A stretch of DNA of 64,000 nt from Tubiluchus corallicola (taxonomy: Eukaryota > Animalia > Priapulida), in the NCBI GenBank assembly GCA_030141605.1, contig JAQGDQ010000116.1, positions 124,001 to 188,000 of the forward strand, written 5' to 3'. The stretch's first letter is position 1; each line of letters starts with the position of its first letter. The notes under the pieces were generated by a model. The model did no database searches, had not been told where the DNA came from, and worked only from the letters and a program-made list of their open reading frames with translations. The translations under genes were made by a program, and so were the position numbers. Positions 41,058 to 64,000 of this stretch are shown here, piece after piece.

Positions 41058-42001
41058 TGTTGGGAGCCGTTTGGACCACTGCGCCAAGTAGACCAATTGG
41101 TCTACTTGGGCTAGCCCAAGTAGACCGCGGTCTACTTGGGCTGCCCAAGTAGGACACTAGAGACAGGTCGTGAATTCAGTCGTTAAGTGTACTGACACCG
41201 TCCGTTGTGCTTGTTTATGTAATAATAATAATTAAAAACGTTAATACACGTTGAATAATTTATTATACATCTAATAAAATAAAAGAATTTTATTCTGAGC
41301 TGGTAGAACGGACAATATTAAATTTGGTTTCGATATTAATGTTGTTGAAGTGAAAAAACCCCACTTTTTTGCGAATTCAACATTTGTTTAAGGTATATCA
41401 TTTTTGATTTTGTCTCACTTCACAAACAGGTGATCCGTTTCACTACCTCTTGGGCAAATAATTGTTTTCTTATAAGTAAACGTTCTAGCGATCTATGTGT
41501 CCTACATGGGCTAGCGAGCCATGTAGGACAGTGCCCTACATGTTACAATACTACTGATAATATTAAAACTAATTATCCTTGCTTTTCTTAAATGTTAAAA
41601 ATTACTTTTTGGTGTTGTGAAGGCTTAGCAGCATCTGTCTCATTTTTAAATTTGCAATTATTTCTGTAATAACCGTGTGCAGAATTTCTCTCTTTAAAGC
41701 ATTAGATACTAGGTTTAATGTTATGATATATTAATGGAGTTAATCATAATGATGAAATTATTGTAAGAAATGCATTTGTAAATTGCCAAGGAATATCCAT
41801 TTCTAAAAGAAATTTTGTTTTATGCTTTATTATGTCATAACAATACTTATAAACAATGGTAATATAAACTGGAAACAAGTTTTGCCAGAGCAAGTTTCTC
41901 GATAAAAATCGCTAGTGTCCTACTTGGGCTGCCCATGTAGGACACTACTTTTAGCGCATCAAGTGGTCTACTTGGCGCAGTGGTCCAAACGGCTCCCAAC
42001 A
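41058..42001. mobile_element. Non-autonomous TIR element with TG..CA ends and 5-bp TSD (Ginger-like)
   Basis: Perfect 38-bp TIRs TGTTGGGAGCCGTTTGGACCACTGCGCCAAGTAGACCA (41058-41095 and 41964-42001). TSD GTTGG at 41053-41057 and 42002-42006. No ORF. Superfamily is inferred. Confidence 0.88.
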
Positions 42002-43479
42002 GTTGGTTCTACGTACCACTCATGTCATCATGGTTTTTAAGCCAATGAAAACATAGTATGGGCAATCTTTGTATAGACCGATCGCTGTGCCGATAATAAT
42101 ATGTCTATGGTTTACGCTATCGAAATTGAATTGCAATATCAGCATACATTTTTGCTATGAAAATAAGACAAAGTCTATGATGTGTTTCTGAAGATGGCTT
42201 AAGAATAAAGGGCCAAAACGTTTTCAATTATATTATATCTGCATGCTTTGTCGTTTGTCCTCCTCTGGATAGTTAAGTTGTCGTCAAGTCGAGGTGGTAA
42301 TCGCAACAGCAACAACACGTACAGTTATAATACAATTAATTTTGAAAAAAAAATTGTGAAGAAAGGGCAGCGAAAGACCAGTTGGTCATCTAGTCAGCTG
42401 CCCTTTGATTAGTGATGAACATTTTTATAAGTGCTGTGCTGGTGTATACAGCTAGTGTATTATGTAGTGTTAGTACTGCTTGTAATTAGGATTTAATTCT
42501 TACAAATGACATTAAATTGATATGCTTATAACGTGGTATATATAACATATTAATACAATTCATACGCAGTAATAATAAGTGTATTATTATACACTGCTAC
42601 AAAATCCACCACCACCACCACCACCACAACAACAACAAAATTTAATTTTTAATGCCAATAGGTACAATAATTAATGAAAAATCCCACGATGAAGAAAAAG
42701 TGGGAATACCAAGTTTTTCAAAGACCTATTCATGCTGTGAATAAAAACAAGGAGAGCATCAGTTCTGTATCTTTGATGTAAGATGGCTGTGCATTACTAC
42801 TGCTTCTATGTTTCTGCTCTTATTTGCTGTGTTTCTTTGGCATTTCTTCCATGATTGTAACTTTTCTTATGTGTGATATTTTTGTACGTATTAATAATAT
42901 AAAAAAATCAAATCTGAATTTTGCAATTTTGCATAATTTTTTCTCTTTATAACCTTTCGTATGTTTTTTAGTTAATGTGGATGTTCATTAGTAACAACAT
43001 ACTGTTGAGAAATACGACATTATAATATAGTCTAGGCTCTAGTTGGTACTTTCCGTTCTCGTTCAACAAATTAAAGTTGATGCTTAAAATTAATGCAAAC
43101 GTCCTTTGGCTTGAAAATATTCGTTAATTTAGCGGGAACCTTGAATGCCAGAAATTTTGAACTAACATTGCGAGCATCACTTTTTATAAAATTGCAGATG
43201 AAGAAATGCAAATTTTATAATTTGTTGAAATTTGTCATAGTTAAGTGTTTCATTTAGGGAACGTTATGCATTAAATGTAGCATTTTGCCTTCCTAGTTTT
43301 GCTTTGTGAATTATTACTTTGCATAGTTTGTTAGCAGAATTTATAGATTGGGTAAGATAATTACACAGAATACATTAATGTCCAAAAATTCTTCATTAAT
43401 AGTAGGCTTCAAGACTTAATAAGCCTAATTTTGGCTTCACTCGGAAGACATAGCAATGCCGACTACTGCGATAACAATG

Positions 43480-43750
43480 TGCAACAGCAGCAACTGCAAC
43501 AATAATACTACCCGCCATGCCAATGCTGGCACTGCAGCGACAATGGTAGCAACGTATATAATTACATAGACATAATAACAATTACTAATTATTGCAAGAA
43601 CAGTAATTGTAATGGCATGGCAATATTAGTGCTGCCAACTGCAATGACAATTTCGGCAACATTAATGCCAGTAACTCTTGAGGTAATGGTAAAAGCGGTT
43701 CTGCATGGCAACTGCAATAGAAATATTAGCAATGGCAACAGCAATGAAGT
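43480..43750. repeat. Degenerate hexamer (GCAATN-like) low-complexity tract
   Basis: Recurrent gcaaca/gcaact/gcaatg/gcaata units. Confidence 0.6.
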
Positions 43751-44503
43751 TTTTGTATTATTCATTGATGTCAAACAACAATAAAATTGTATCTCAAATA
43801 AATAAAAAGATTTTAAACATATTTGAAAGCTTATTATATTTTTTGCTTTTTTTGCCTACATTAAAATAAATGCTGCCGCTGTTGTTCTCGTCATAATTAT
43901 CGTCACCGTTATAGTCATTAAAATAACAATTATCATAATTAAACAATTAAGATGTATTTTCCTAATTAAACTCCTCGACATGAAACACATTAATACAAAA
44001 AACTTAATACTGAAAAAGTGAACCAATGTTCCTTAATGGGTTACTGTTATTTTTTCAGCAACCAGAAAGCCAGCAAAACACTTTGCTGATAGATGTTCTA
44101 CAACGTTTTGGTGATAGGTCACTGGCCACATCATTAACTTAATCGTGTTAACGCGCTGTGAATGACGGATTGTTGTTAGTACTTTACGACGTTTGACAAA
44201 TGATTAAAAACAAGTTGACAGTTGTTCGTTTCTCTTGATAAATTAAATGATAAATGATGGATCACCAGCAACAAGTCGATTGTTGTTCGCTTTTTGTGAT
44301 GTGAAGCACTAATAGCAAGCATTGAATAATTAAAAAAACCATTAATACCATTTTTCTCTTTTCATGATCGCCCCTAACTACATGCAGATGCTACAGTTTA
44401 TAATGAAACGTTAACATTCATACAAGCTTACACACTTGTAACTTTTTACAAGCTTATTGCGCGGAAAAAAGGCTGTGAACAAAACTGTGTAACGTATTGT
44501 TTT

Positions 44504-54181
<9,678 letters not shown>

Positions 54182-55377
54182 AATTCAGAAATACTGCAAA
54201 TTAGGTACAAATCAAACAATAATTATAGCTAGTAATAGTTTTGACGGTTTTCACTCAATAGTCTATACTGCTTTTACCGCTGTAGTATACTACTAAATTT
54301 GTATCAGACTTCGTACTAAGGCTCCAGCAGATTGGGTGTCTACTCTGAACCATTATTTGCTCGGCTCGTTTCGTACCGGCTGAAATGTGCGAGAAGTACA
54401 AAGCTGGATTCTGCTGCAATAACACGTTATACGTCGTAGTAGAGGTTTTCGTTGACCTTGACAAAATATCAACATACTTTCAGTTTTTGGTGTGATGTTC
54501 TAAAAAGTAATAAATTTAAAATTTGGTTTACTGTTATAAAAATATTATTAAATTTAGTGATTGGCTGCAAGCTGAAAAGGTTTTGCGAGAAATGTGCCCA
54601 GTACTAAAATTTATGTCAGGCAAGTTGACCTAGCCTCTACTTTGGCATAAGCAAGCTCGTGGGAAATCGGGACGTCCCCAACTACCACAGCTACGAAGAG
54701 TCAACGCAACGTCGTGCCAGAAGTTCCCGCAGACCTGTGTACAAAATATCCTCTTGTTCTACCTTAGAGCCTTACCTAGGTAGATTATACCTAGGAAAAA
54801 AGTTGATGGTCACAGCAGAAAAGAAGTGACCAATGCTGCAGTGATTCTGTGTAATCTTTTCTGTATATGGTACATGGTAGATTTAACATACCTGTGGCGA
54901 TGTGTCTAATTTTCGCTATTGTAAATAGGTGGTCCGTGGCTTAAGTGTAGCCCTTAGGTAAAGAATAAAACACAGGGGAAAAACTACTGAATTAACAAAA
55001 TAATATAGCAATTTAATGAACATCTCGAACACATTGTAAGGTAAATATTAATAAAAGAGATTAAGCCGGCTAAGATAAAAAAGAACAACAATGTTTTTTC
55101 ACCAATCGGTGTTTTTTGTCTCGGCATCACCAGGCGACTTTCTCCTGCCTCCATCCAATGTCAGCTCTCTGACTCCTCATCAGTGGGCTTCGTCGAGAAA
55201 TGGTGCATCACGCTATTTCTTCATGCATCCGATTACATGAACGATGTCTCTAAACTTTGATGACTCCTCTTGACGTTCTCGCCTCCACTTATATGACGCC
55301 AAAAACAGTCGCGCACCTGTAGTTGTCACAAGGTAAGGATCACCAGTTTCGTAACCACAGCACGGAAGCATCAACGG

Positions 55378-55580
55378 CAGTATCATCAACATCAAGCAAA
55401 ACATATCATGAGCAGAACGTATCATCGACGATTGGTTAATATCATCTTTAACAGGTTAAGTATCATCAGTGTCAGGAAAATATCATCAGCAACAGGTAGA
55501 TATCATCGGTAACAGGTAGGTACCATACCATCAACGTCAAGTAAACTTTATCAGCAACAGGTATCATCGTCAGTAAGCGG
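55378..55580. repeat. Degenerate ~20-bp minisatellite (TATCATCAGCAACAGGTAGA-like)
   Basis: About ten TATCAT-anchored units in tandem. Confidence 0.7.
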
Positions 55581-58500
55581 CTACCACCTGTGTTATAACG
55601 ATGTTGACAAGATTTCTTTTCTGCAAGCAAACACTCCAAACTATCATTTTATGACGTGAGAACGTCCGCACCACTCGACAGCTTAGAGTGGAATACCTGG
55701 GCGAACACAACTGCCGAAAATTTCGCTTACGTGGCTTCAGTCACATGATATAGTAATGCATAAAACGGTGACATGGAACATGCAGGTAAAATCTGATTTC
55801 AAAACATGTTAGCCTCTAGCGTTATATCAAAAGCAGTTTAACTACATTTTTTTTATAAAAATTGAAAATAATTCATTATAAAATTATACGGTTTAGGAAC
55901 TAGTTACATAACTTGTTACATTATATGAGCTTGAGCGTCACAGTAGCATTTTAGTGTAAATTCTACGGTAGAATAAAAGTAGCGTTTTTTACCATCATAC
56001 GTGTGCATATGTCATTATATTTTTTTCCTCTTTTTATCTGTTCACTCTCTCCTCCTTTTTTTCTCAACTTCAGATGTGATCTTGAAAATTGACTCCTATG
56101 AACCCATATGAATGAACATCTACACTTCTACAAATTGTTTTAACGCATCTTCGTCATATTTTACACAAGTTTTTTGTCCATGCAGATAAAGAATTAGACT
56201 GCTAAAGAATTTCTGGGTACGAATGCTTTTCTTTTTTGTTTTTGCTGGCTGATACAATGCTAATGACAAGTTGGCAGATCATATCAATTTGCAAAGTTGG
56301 TGTTCAAAATCTTAAAACTTATTAGCTTAATTTCGTGTCAACTTGGTGATTTTACCTATTACATGTCGCCCTCTGAGTCTGTGATTGAGAGGCAATATAT
56401 TTAAAAAAAATCAACCAACTAGCTACCCTGATTGAATTTCAATTTTATTTTGAGAAGTACTTCTATGCAAAAGCTGTTTAAAAATTTCACCGGCATTATA
56501 CCCAGTTTGCGCCTGTAGTTATAGACTAATAAAAGAAATGAATTCGGCCTTTAGAGATCCGGTGCTACCTATTACTACTCTCTTTAATAACTTCTTCCAT
56601 TCAAAATGTCGTGGCGCCATTGTCTTGACTGACGCTTGTGTTTTGAAAATCAAAAGGTCGAATTCGGAGATCGTATCTACCTGTCGCTCCCGTCTCGCAA
56701 ACGGGCGCCGTACACAGTTACAGCTGCCTTCATCACAGTGCAGATCATAGCTTACCCTCTATTACCTATTCTGTGGTTGTCCGGTTCACAGCCGGCTGCA
56801 CGATGCACCTTGTGACTTACAACAGTGAAGGGCTGATCGTTGAAAGGATAAGGCCTTGCTGAGACAACATTTGCTTGACTGAAGAAGCAAGGATCTAGTC
56901 CATCTCTCCCCAATAAACTTTGTCTTACCAAAATGTATATATGAGCAATCATCTTCTAAAACAACAACTTGTAGCGTCTTAGTTGCAACGAGTAAGTTAT
57001 TTGCTGCGTTGTTTTCAGGTTACTACGGAATCCAAGCCAAGGTCGAAAATTGTGACATTTATCGGCAAAAAGAAAAAGCTTCTTACAATACATGATTAAA
57101 CTTTCTTCTCTTTGTAGATCGCAGTTAGTTGTAACTTTGCACACAATGCTAAAATTATTAAAATCAGATTTGCGGTCCTAGATCGAAGAGGGATTTTTAG
57201 TTTCTTGCCATATCTAGACGAAATACTCAGCTGTTCACATCTTCTTACTTTAAGTGTCTGGACGTTTTTGTCATGGTAGGAGCATTTTAACTGTTACAGT
57301 GAAATTTATAGATTGTAAGAATGTGTAGACATTTTGTCTTTAAATGGAAATAACGAACATAAACTATTGCCAGATTTTAGAATAACGCATAACTGAATAT
57401 GGGTAATCTTGTTCTTTATTTGCAAAGACGGAAGACAATTGACCTGTATGGTAAAAATACATTATTTTTTTGGAAACAGGCAGTACGGTGATTTTCTTGG
57501 AAAAAACTTTATCGACATATTTTTCGATAGTTAAGTCGATTAACCACATTGGAAACAGACAGTAATTCTCATAATCAATAAAATTTAGAAAATAAGCGCA
57601 GACGTGTGTCTTCTTTGCAATCCAAATGATAGTTTTTCAGACAAGCAAGGTTTAGCATTCATTTGTATTCACGTTTTTATTTGTCATAGTTGTGATCTAA
57701 TTTAATATCGGTGTTGCCCGAGCCTCTTAACTTGTTTAGATTCGGTCATTGCTCATTGCCTACCTCTCCCGAGAAGAACTATTATAGGGTATATAAACCA
57801 CTTTTAGTGACAACTGCAAATTATTATTTTTTGTACAGTGACATCGAGTTTCTCTTTGATTTGGAGGGACGCACATCGACCATTAGCTTATTTTGTGTAA
57901 TAATTCATTATACGCTCAACGAAGCCTCTGCAAACACGGAGTTTGCCAGCCCGGGTTTCCATGACAACCGCAGGAGATATATTGGACAATGAGCAAAATA
58001 AGGGCTTCAGGTAAATTTTGAATCCCTATACGCTGGTAGATGTAAAATGATTTAGCAGCAAAGTGGCATTTATTTCGTTAATTTTTGTGATAAAGGAACG
58101 CTAGATTGTGAATTATAAGAAAATACCGAAGGTGTGCAGATCTTTTAACTGAAATTATAGACAAACTGTTGTAAACAGTGATTAAGTCTAAAATTTGTCG
58201 AAGATGCAACAAAGAAACAAGTGCCTCGAACATAATTACATCTGAACAAAATTGTGAGACTGAGTAACCATAACCCGTCGAGTAACGGCATTTCACGAGT
58301 CGTATTCCGGTGAATATGAATAATCAAGATTTCCAGAAAAGGATTTTTGAGTGCGTTTTATTTTTGCACATTACTTGTCGTAGGAATGCTTGCAACATAT
58401 CAAGTACAACTGCATGTTTGTTCACAACATTGTAATCAGAGTGCAGTGCAAATTAGGTATCCACAAAAGACCCAAAAAACCATCTCATTACGAATAGGTT

Positions 58501-60899
58501 TTCGACAATTGGGCGTTGTAACTTTGTTCAGGAATGCACAAATTTCAATCATCCATTTCAGACAGCAGCATCAGTTTTAGGAAACGTCATAGGTCTACCT
58601 CAGTCAAGGTATCGCAAAAACAGCCAATAATGTAGGATCCCCAAGTCGTATTTGGTCACTTAAAAGAGGTGCTTACAACACCCTAACAGTGACTCATACT
58701 TACAATACACAATAATCAGAAACCAAATTCTGGATGAGGAGTTTATTGGCGCTTTTGCGTATACACCATGAAGTCATAGATTGGCTTCCACAACCTTGCT
58801 GTCCTGTTAAACAAAACTCCTGGTCATTAGTGATATATCACACGTATCTATACTTTGACTAAGTGATCAAAATTCCACATGACTAAGTGATCATCAAAAA
58901 TCATGTTTTTAAAAAAGTTAGCCTTTCTCTGTGGGATTCCCAGACAACCTTTATTTTACGACTCAGAACTTGCTCGCCACCGGCGTGAACAAAATCGACA
59001 GAGAGAATGCTGTGCGACGCCAAAGTGTTTTTTCGGGGTTTAGGTAGGATGGAGTCATTAACATGCAGTGTCACTGGAGCATAACGGAAAAAGTAAAGAA
59101 TGTAAAAGTTTTGAAGCTGCAAAGAATGCATACGTGTTATAAGATATCTTTTGGATTATTTAATAATTTTAAATTGTGCATCATACTAGTACACCTTTTG
59201 TAGATGTATTTTTGACATAAATGTCACTTGAGTTCTTCAGGGGTGTGAAAACCTACCAACGGCTAATTCATTTGGCAATTTACCCTACCCGAAGATTGCC
59301 AACTGTGTGAAGGAAACCAGGAAACCGGTCATTTTGATTTCAATAATGCCAAAATCAATCTTTTCTCGAAATTCGTTCGGCTTGCATAGTGTCGATTTGT
59401 GTAAAAAAACACTGAATGACACATTGTTGAATCAACTTTAATTTCTGATAAATGCCTTAAATGTTTAATTTGCGGGAGAGAGAGAGAGAAATTGATTAAG
59501 CAAACTATTTTTGATAAATATTTAGTTTATCAAGTCATTCAACGATAAACATTTAATTTAAGTGATGGGTTCTCTTCTGATATTTTCTTTTTTTCACCTT
59601 ATCACTTGATTAGTCCAGGTACAACAGCGATCAGAATTCGTATAAAACTTTGATTCTTGCTTTCTGTTTATTGCATTACACTACAAATAGTTTGGTGTAA
59701 CATACATCTCTTTCTTCTCGTAACACATAATAAGCAGCTTCAATCTTTCCTTTTTTTGTTTGCTTAAAACATCACAAATAGTTTGTCTAATTTAGCACTT
59801 CATAAATACAGTGTTTTCGTGCTATACGACTAAATCTGATACAGATGATCGTGCAGGTATCCAACGTGAAAATTTTGTAAATGGGTTTTGCACGAGTGCC
59901 AATTTTTTCTTGATAATTTTTGTGCTATTATTGCGCTGTCATTACGCAACAAACATGTTGTATTACAGTACTGTTACGGGTACATATACATGTATAATAA
60001 TACAATTTCAGTTAATCTGACCCTGTAGCGCACATTAGGTTTCGCGTGGGTTTTCACGTACGATTATCGTATTTCGGAACATGTTATAATGCTGTTTATG
60101 GGGAAATTCTCAATTCTCAGGTGACTTGCCACTCACCTGAACGCACGCTGTTAATTAATTAGTCCTGAACCTGTTGCAACAAGCTAACTCATTTCCGTGC
60201 AAACTTTAGGTATATCGACCCAAGTAAAATTATGACTAGCTGCATGTTCAATTCGCCATCTAATTAACTGGCCAAAAGCAAGTGGTTTTTTTAAATTACA
60301 TTTACGATGATTATGCAGTTCCACTGTAGAGGTCTATACTGCACAGATCCAAATACCACAATTCTAGCTAGCGAAGGTTTTGCACATTTTAACTCTTTCT
60401 TTAGGTAACAGAATTTATTTTTTTTGTGTTATCTGAACAACCAGCTAAACTAGTCATACTCTATCTGAAAGAAATTAATATACATGTGATTCACTAAAAA
60501 CTCAAGATCAGGATGTGCTTTAAGGCAAAAATTTCTTTTTGATGTTGCAACATTAATAAAAACAATAAAAAGAATAAGAATTAAATTTTAGGAACTAAAA
60601 TTATATCCCGCTAATTATATTAGGTTTATAAAGTTATATCTCAAATAAGTATAGTGTACTCGAGTGAGCTATTAAAATTAAATGTTACTTTGAATAAAGG
60701 CTTTTACTATGAGGTTATTATATTAATACAATTTTTTTGGCTTTTTTAATTTGTAATGCAGTAGTTCTTTTGTGCCTCTTGAACAATAATAAGATATGTT
60801 TGTTGGAAATTATTTTGTGGCCGTGAATCAGGTGATTAATAGAAGTAATAAAAATACAACTTTTGCATTTCAGGTTTCATCCATTCGAAACCAAGTATC

Positions 60900-62027
60900 A
60901 TGGATAACTATACTTTGTCCAATGCAACAACTGAAACTACGCTTACCAGTGACGCAACCACCGGTTATTATATTGGCAAAACAATCCAAGTTTTATCGTT
61001 GGGCATCCTGACTTTACTTTCACTGTTAGGAAATTTGTTCGTCGTTTATATTATCCTTTCTCACAGCGAACTTCGTACTGCAACTAACGCTATAATTGGA
61101 TGCCTTTCTACCAGTGATTTACTCAGGACTCTCCTTTGCATGTTGTTTGCTTTTCCCATCCTGTTCACCGACAAGTGGTTGTTTGGTAACGTATTATGTG
61201 TGGCAAATGGCTTCTTTAATCTGTTCTTCTCAATCTCATCGACCCTTATGGTTATGTTAATTGCACTGGACAGGCTATACGTTTTAATTAATGTTTCCAG
61301 TAACATCAAGAGCTACCTGTTTGGCTTAGTGTCATTGTGTTGGTTCATATCGTTTGCATTTAGCTTTCCGTGGTACGTGATGTCAAAGTGGTATGATGTT
61401 GATGTGTATTACAAACAAGGATACTACCATTGTATGTATATATTTCACGGAGAGGAATCGTACGAGGGCAGAGCTTTTAGTCTTACTGTAATTCTAGTTT
61501 GTTTCTTGATTCCGTTCACAATAATGGCAACTTGTTGTGTAATAATGTGGAAGACCTTTCACCGAGGCCTTATTCAGGTAAACCCTGTAACACTGCCAAG
61601 TAAATTACTGAGATTCCAGGGAGAAAGACGCACCGCCACTACGGTGTTAATCATGATCGCCGTTTATATAGCTTGTTGGAGTCCCTACTGCATCATGAGC
61701 ATCATCAGTGCATTTACACACCTCCCTTTTACTCCTAGAACGGACACCATAGGCATGTGGTTAGCTTGGTCCAATGCTGCTTTTAATCCCATTATTTATG
61801 CAATTCGAAATCCCAACGTTTCAGAATTAATAAAGTTGGGGCGGAGAAGAAGAGGTTTATACAGAAGTAACTCCTGCTCGATCACGCCACAGTGTGGACA
61901 CCAGTTTGAGAATGTGGAGAGTTGGAGGCGGGGTTCGTGGGCTTCAATGACGCCTGGTTTTATATTCACAGCTGGGAACAGAAAAGGATCTGATATGTCT
62001 ACAATTACAACTGCAACGCAAATATAA
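60900..62027 (+). CDS. GPR135: Class A orphan GPCR, GPR135-like, intronless, 375 aa
   Basis: Seven TM segments with GN, LSTSD, DRL, CWSPY and NPIIY. Segments LRTATNA, RTATTVLIMI and WSNAAFNPIIYAIRNPNVS closely match my recollection of vertebrate GPR135. Confidence 0.8.
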   Translation: MDNYTLSNATTETTLTSDATTGYYIGKTIQVLSLGILTLLSLLGNLFVVYIILSHSELRTATNAIIGCLSTSDLLRTLLCMLFAFPILFTDKWLFGNVLCVANGFFNLFFSISSTLMVMLIALDRLYVLINVSSNIKSYLFGLVSLCWFISFAFSFPWYVMSKWYDVDVYYKQGYYHCMYIFHGEESYEGRAFSLTVILVCFLIPFTIMATCCVIMWKTFHRGLIQVNPVTLPSKLLRFQGERRTATTVLIMIAVYIACWSPYCIMSIISAFTHLPFTPRTDTIGMWLAWSNAAFNPIIYAIRNPNVSELIKLGRRRRGLYRSNSCSITPQCGHQFENVESWRRGSWASMTPGFIFTAGNRKGSDMSTITTATQI

Positions 62028-63410
62028 TTTACACCTTAGTCTGGAGGCTCAAAATACAATCATTTGACCCGATGTGAAATTAGAATTTCAGGAAACGTAA
62101 TTAATTTTATTGGTGCAAATCGTTCATTCTGCGTTATTTATTTTGCAACTTTCTCAAAAGAAGTGAAGCAATTTATCATTATTTTACAAAGATTGTTTAC
62201 TTAAAATTGCGAATAAAATCTCTTTTGTTTAATTTATAATTGTATAATTCATAATTATAAATTAAAATAGCGATACAAAATTTTCGAACACAGCATAACA
62301 ACACAGTATAACATACACCGTACATATAATACAATAATGTATTTAACTGTGTTAAAATAATAAAGCAATAATTATTATACAGCGTAATATCTACCGACAT
62401 GCACAGCTTATTTTTAATATGCAAGGTAATAAAGTGACTTCATATATCACAGTTTTCAGGAAATTTAATTTGTTAAAAGTGGTTATAATTTAGTGCTTAT
62501 ACACATGTAAAATGCAAGTGGCGTCACACATGAATTAACAGTGCTTGTGTCATGCTGGACGGTAGGGCAAACATATTGGCTATGCAACATCTTAATGTAG
62601 AACATTTATTACAAAATGTGATGCAGACATGCAAGCACCAGGCGCAACTAATCTTAAATAATCAGGTGCATTCAATGTAATATCAGTCACATTGGTAATA
62701 TACACAAATATTAATAGCGTAAAGAGCAATAAAATATCTCATATGCACCTCATTTATATTAATAATCTTAAAAAATATGTGCAAAATGGTCGACGCAAGG
62801 CACATCTTCTGGAGCTAAGTCGTTTGTTAGAGTTTAAAAGGTCATGTATTTGATAGACATGCATGTAGCCCTCATGTTTCTTGGACTTTAGGCCACCAGT
62901 CTTAATTGCTGGTGGAGATGAGCACGATTTTTGAATAGCTGTGGATGTATGTAGACAGCGTGATGCGATTACTATAGAGCGGAGGCCATGGCGTGTTCTA
63001 TGACTTCTTGTCTTGTTACATTCACAGCTTATTTATTTTATTGACAAAAGACGTTTTTTTGTTCTTATACACGTTACAAAGTTATAGGACACTTACACAC
63101 CAAAAGCTTTTGCTTGCATAAACGATGTAAAATTGTCAGAGGAACAAGTTATCAGACAGAATCAAATATGCCCTAGAATACAGTTTCAGCAAATACTGTA
63201 GGCACGTAATATCACAGTAGCCGATCACAGAACTTTCGAGTTCTCGAGAATATCTTTTACTTTGACCGGGATATACGTTGCCTTCTCGCTGAAAATAAAC
63301 ACATAATTAGATTGTTATTGCCTTTCTCTGTCTACAAAAAATAATATACGAAATTTTAAGTAAAAAGCAGTTTACAATTTACATTGAAAAGCTTGATACG
63401 ATTAACGGTA

Positions 63411-63562
63411 TCATACATACGCGATGTCTGCTTGCTGTCGTTGTCCAGCTGTCCTGTTCCTACACATTGGGATAAATGTAATTACAAGTCCGCTGATGAT
63501 AGTCAGTGTACCCGCCATGTAAAACGCAGATGAGAAAGAATGCGTTGACTCGATCATAATAC
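63411..63562 (-). CDS. Last coding exon of an MFS transporter, probably SLC16/monocarboxylate family (gene enters from the right edge)
   Basis: Acceptor CGTACAG at 63569-63563, then GIMIESTHSFSSAFYMAGTLTIISGLVITFIPMCRNRTAGQRQQADIAYV*, resembling the TM12 region GxxxDxTxxYxxxFYxAG. Confidence 0.6.
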
Positions 63563-64000
63563 CTGTACGAAAGCGTAAGTACAACATAAAAATGTATTTA
63601 AATCATATTGTATTTTAAATGTGCGGCTAGTACTGAAAATGTAAACAACCCTCGCGACTCAACATAGACAAATGCAAACCAAAAATCGTGGTCCTAGCTC
63701 AAAGCTAGGAAAAGGTGAAGCCTAAAGGAAAAAATACCGCCTACTCCATGACCCGTGAGTAACGGATCACGTATAATTGTAAATCCCACAGGAGGGCCCA
63801 GTAGTTCGTAACCCTAGCCATATGCGTTTGCGAATCATTAAAGATCTGAATGTGTCCAAAACAACAATGACGATGACTTTGACGACACATGACAGAACTG
63901 AGTCCGACAGACCACTTTTTAGTTGAAAGTTCTCTAACTCTTAGTACTTTATCAACTTTATTTAATTCATTTTTTCAATTCAGTGCAAATGATGCAACTC

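Noticed and set aside
55378-55580. ~20-bp periodic repeats as CRISPR or a coding repeat
   Set aside because: Degenerate minisatellite with no spacers and no supporting ORF.
54893-55773. Solo LTR (TG..CA candidates, TGTCAC/GTGACA at 55324/55773)
   Set aside because: No target-site duplication could be matched for any boundary pair.

Overview
AT-rich animal (most likely invertebrate) nuclear DNA with spliceosomal introns; nothing prokaryotic. By splicing exons by hand I rebuilt seven intact genes: GPR137 (+), ALG8 (-, intronless CDS), SDHAF1 (-), EXOSC5/Rrp46 (+, with a U12-type intron), PIGH (-), a GH3-domain/GHDC-like gene (-, 13 exons, one GC-AG intron) and a GPR135-like GPCR (+). Two genes are partial: the 5' end of mitochondrial IARS2 (-) and the last exon of an SLC16-like transporter (-). 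Two genes are disrupted: a full-length CTR1 copper transporter with two in-frame TAG codons and an HROB/MCM8IP gene with three frameshifts. Intergenic and intronic DNA holds many non-autonomous DNA transposons (hAT, Tc1/mariner-pogo/Tigger, a TG..CA Ginger-like element, Helentron-like satellite arrays), LINE remnants and a tRNA-derived SINE. The most unusual signals are: (1) an HSE+TATA heat-shock promoter at about 6.1-6.2 kb with no recognisable protein gene behind it; (2) a tightly packed same-strand SDHAF1-HROB-ALG8 cluster, with a splice acceptor shortly upstream of the ATG of all ten genes whose start is in the window (possible trans-splicing/operon, but cis 5'UTR introns are not excluded); (3) the amber-interrupted CTR1. 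All gene names come from motif recognition, not database searches. Most short ORFs in the supplied track are spurious.
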